From IMG/VR virus record IMGVR_UViG_3300042691_015370, positions 64,001 through 128,000 of that record: a DNA stretch of 64,000 nt; one strand, written 5' to 3'. The stretch's first letter is position 1; each line of letters starts with the position of its first letter. This DNA comes from a virus. The notes beneath the pieces are model-generated. The model saw only the letters and a list, made by a program, of their open reading frames with translations. It did not search any database and was not told the origin of the DNA. Made by a program: the position numbers and the translations under genes. Positions 63,295 through 64,000 of the stretch are shown one piece after another.

Positions 63295-63770
63295 TCACCA
63301 AGAAGGACAAGCAGTGGCTACAAATGTGTGTAGCTGGTGCTCGCATATTCTCTACATGCGCTAAGGCACAGTTTATGTGCATAATTGTTGACGAGCAGGG
63401 CCGCATTGCTGGCAGTGGCTACAATGGTGTACCGTCAGGTATGCTGCACTGCAAAGATGGTGGGTGTCCACGTTACCTGAATGACGTACCATCCGGCACA
63501 CCATATGATTATGGTGATGGTCTATGCTTTTCGGGCCATGCAGAACAGAATGCACTCGCTCACGCAGACGGGTCCCGTTACAAGGGAGCGACTCTGTATG
63601 TGAATGGTAGACCATGCCTTACGTGCGCAAAGATGATTGCTTGTTCCGGTATCTATCGGATTGTTATCCTTGATGAAAAGGATCGTCTACATACCGACAT
63701 CATGTCCGACTTTTTAACCACAGCCAATGTTGAATTGCTTACCATCTCTCCAGAGGAACTAAATGACTGA
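63291..63770 (+). CDS. dCMP deaminase
   Basis: GSGYNG, HAEQNAL, PCLTCAK motifs. Confidence 0.9.
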   Translation: MITKKDKQWLQMCVAGARIFSTCAKAQFMCIIVDEQGRIAGSGYNGVPSGMLHCKDGGCPRYLNDVPSGTPYDYGDGLCFSGHAEQNALAHADGSRYKGATLYVNGRPCLTCAKMIACSGIYRIVILDEKDRLHTDIMSDFLTTANVELLTISPEELND

Positions 63771-64000
63771 AGTAACCTTCCGTGACGACGTAACTGTTGA
63801 GCTTATCTCAAACGTCGGTGGAGACGCCTCTGTCGTTGCTTCGGCACGAGTCTCGACCGAGGGACTGGAATCCGTTTCCTATCTCTCAGAGGGCGAGAAA
63901 GAGGGCAAGGGACTCATCAACTTTCTGATGCGCAACCGTCATGGCACTCCCTTTGAGCACAATTCCTTTACCTTCCTAGTCTCTGCTCCTATCTTTGTTT
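63763..64000 (+). CDS. thyX: Flavin-dependent thymidylate synthase, 5' part
   Basis: MTEVTFRDDVTVELI...DASVVASARVS...GLINFLMRNRHGTPFEH..FTFLVSAPIFV, runs off the window. Confidence 0.9.
   Translation, partial: MTEVTFRDDVTVELISNVGGDASVVASARVSTEGLESVSYLSEGEKEGKGLINFLMRNRHGTPFEHNSFTFLVSAPIFV

Noticed and set aside
1-64000. Stop-codon reassignment, tRNA/tmRNA genes, inteins in TerL or NrdJ
   Set aside because: Genes are full length in the standard code using all three stops; no cloverleaf/CCA motifs were recognised by eye; TerL (562 aa) and NrdJ (675 aa) are of normal size.

Overview
This is a 64-kb segment of a large tailed (siphovirus-like) phage genome, about 49% GC by eye, probably infecting an actinobacterium. 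Bases 1-46.3 kb (minus strand) hold the virion module. In transcription order: putative TerS, an HTH protein, TerL, portal, protease, scaffold, decoration protein, major capsid, head-tail joining genes, a block of fibre/collagen genes, major tail protein, a -1 frameshifted tail chaperone pair, a giant 4466-aa tape measure, two paralogous distal-tail-like genes, a 1.8k-aa hub/adhesin and further minor tail genes. Upstream (46.4-52.4 kb) is a co-oriented cassette of six glycosyltransferases and two methyltransferases. Beyond it lie a resolvase, class II ribonucleotide reductase, a WhiG/FliA-like sigma factor, HNH nuclease, a ~500-bp highly structured intergenic region, metallophosphoesterase, DUF192, ParB-like protein, dCMP deaminase and the start of thyX. 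The standout feature is the tape measure. Between its canonical N-terminus and its TMP core lies a ~1700-aa array of enzyme-like modules (GNAT acetyltransferase, two HExxH zincins, two paralogous kinase-like domains, two paralogous unknown domains). Each cassette is preceded by a conserved linker (L-G-x-G-x-x-A-Y-S-T-P), seven copies in all. This suggests an injected, possibly self-processing effector polyprotein. All assignments come from motif reading and synteny; no database search was run.
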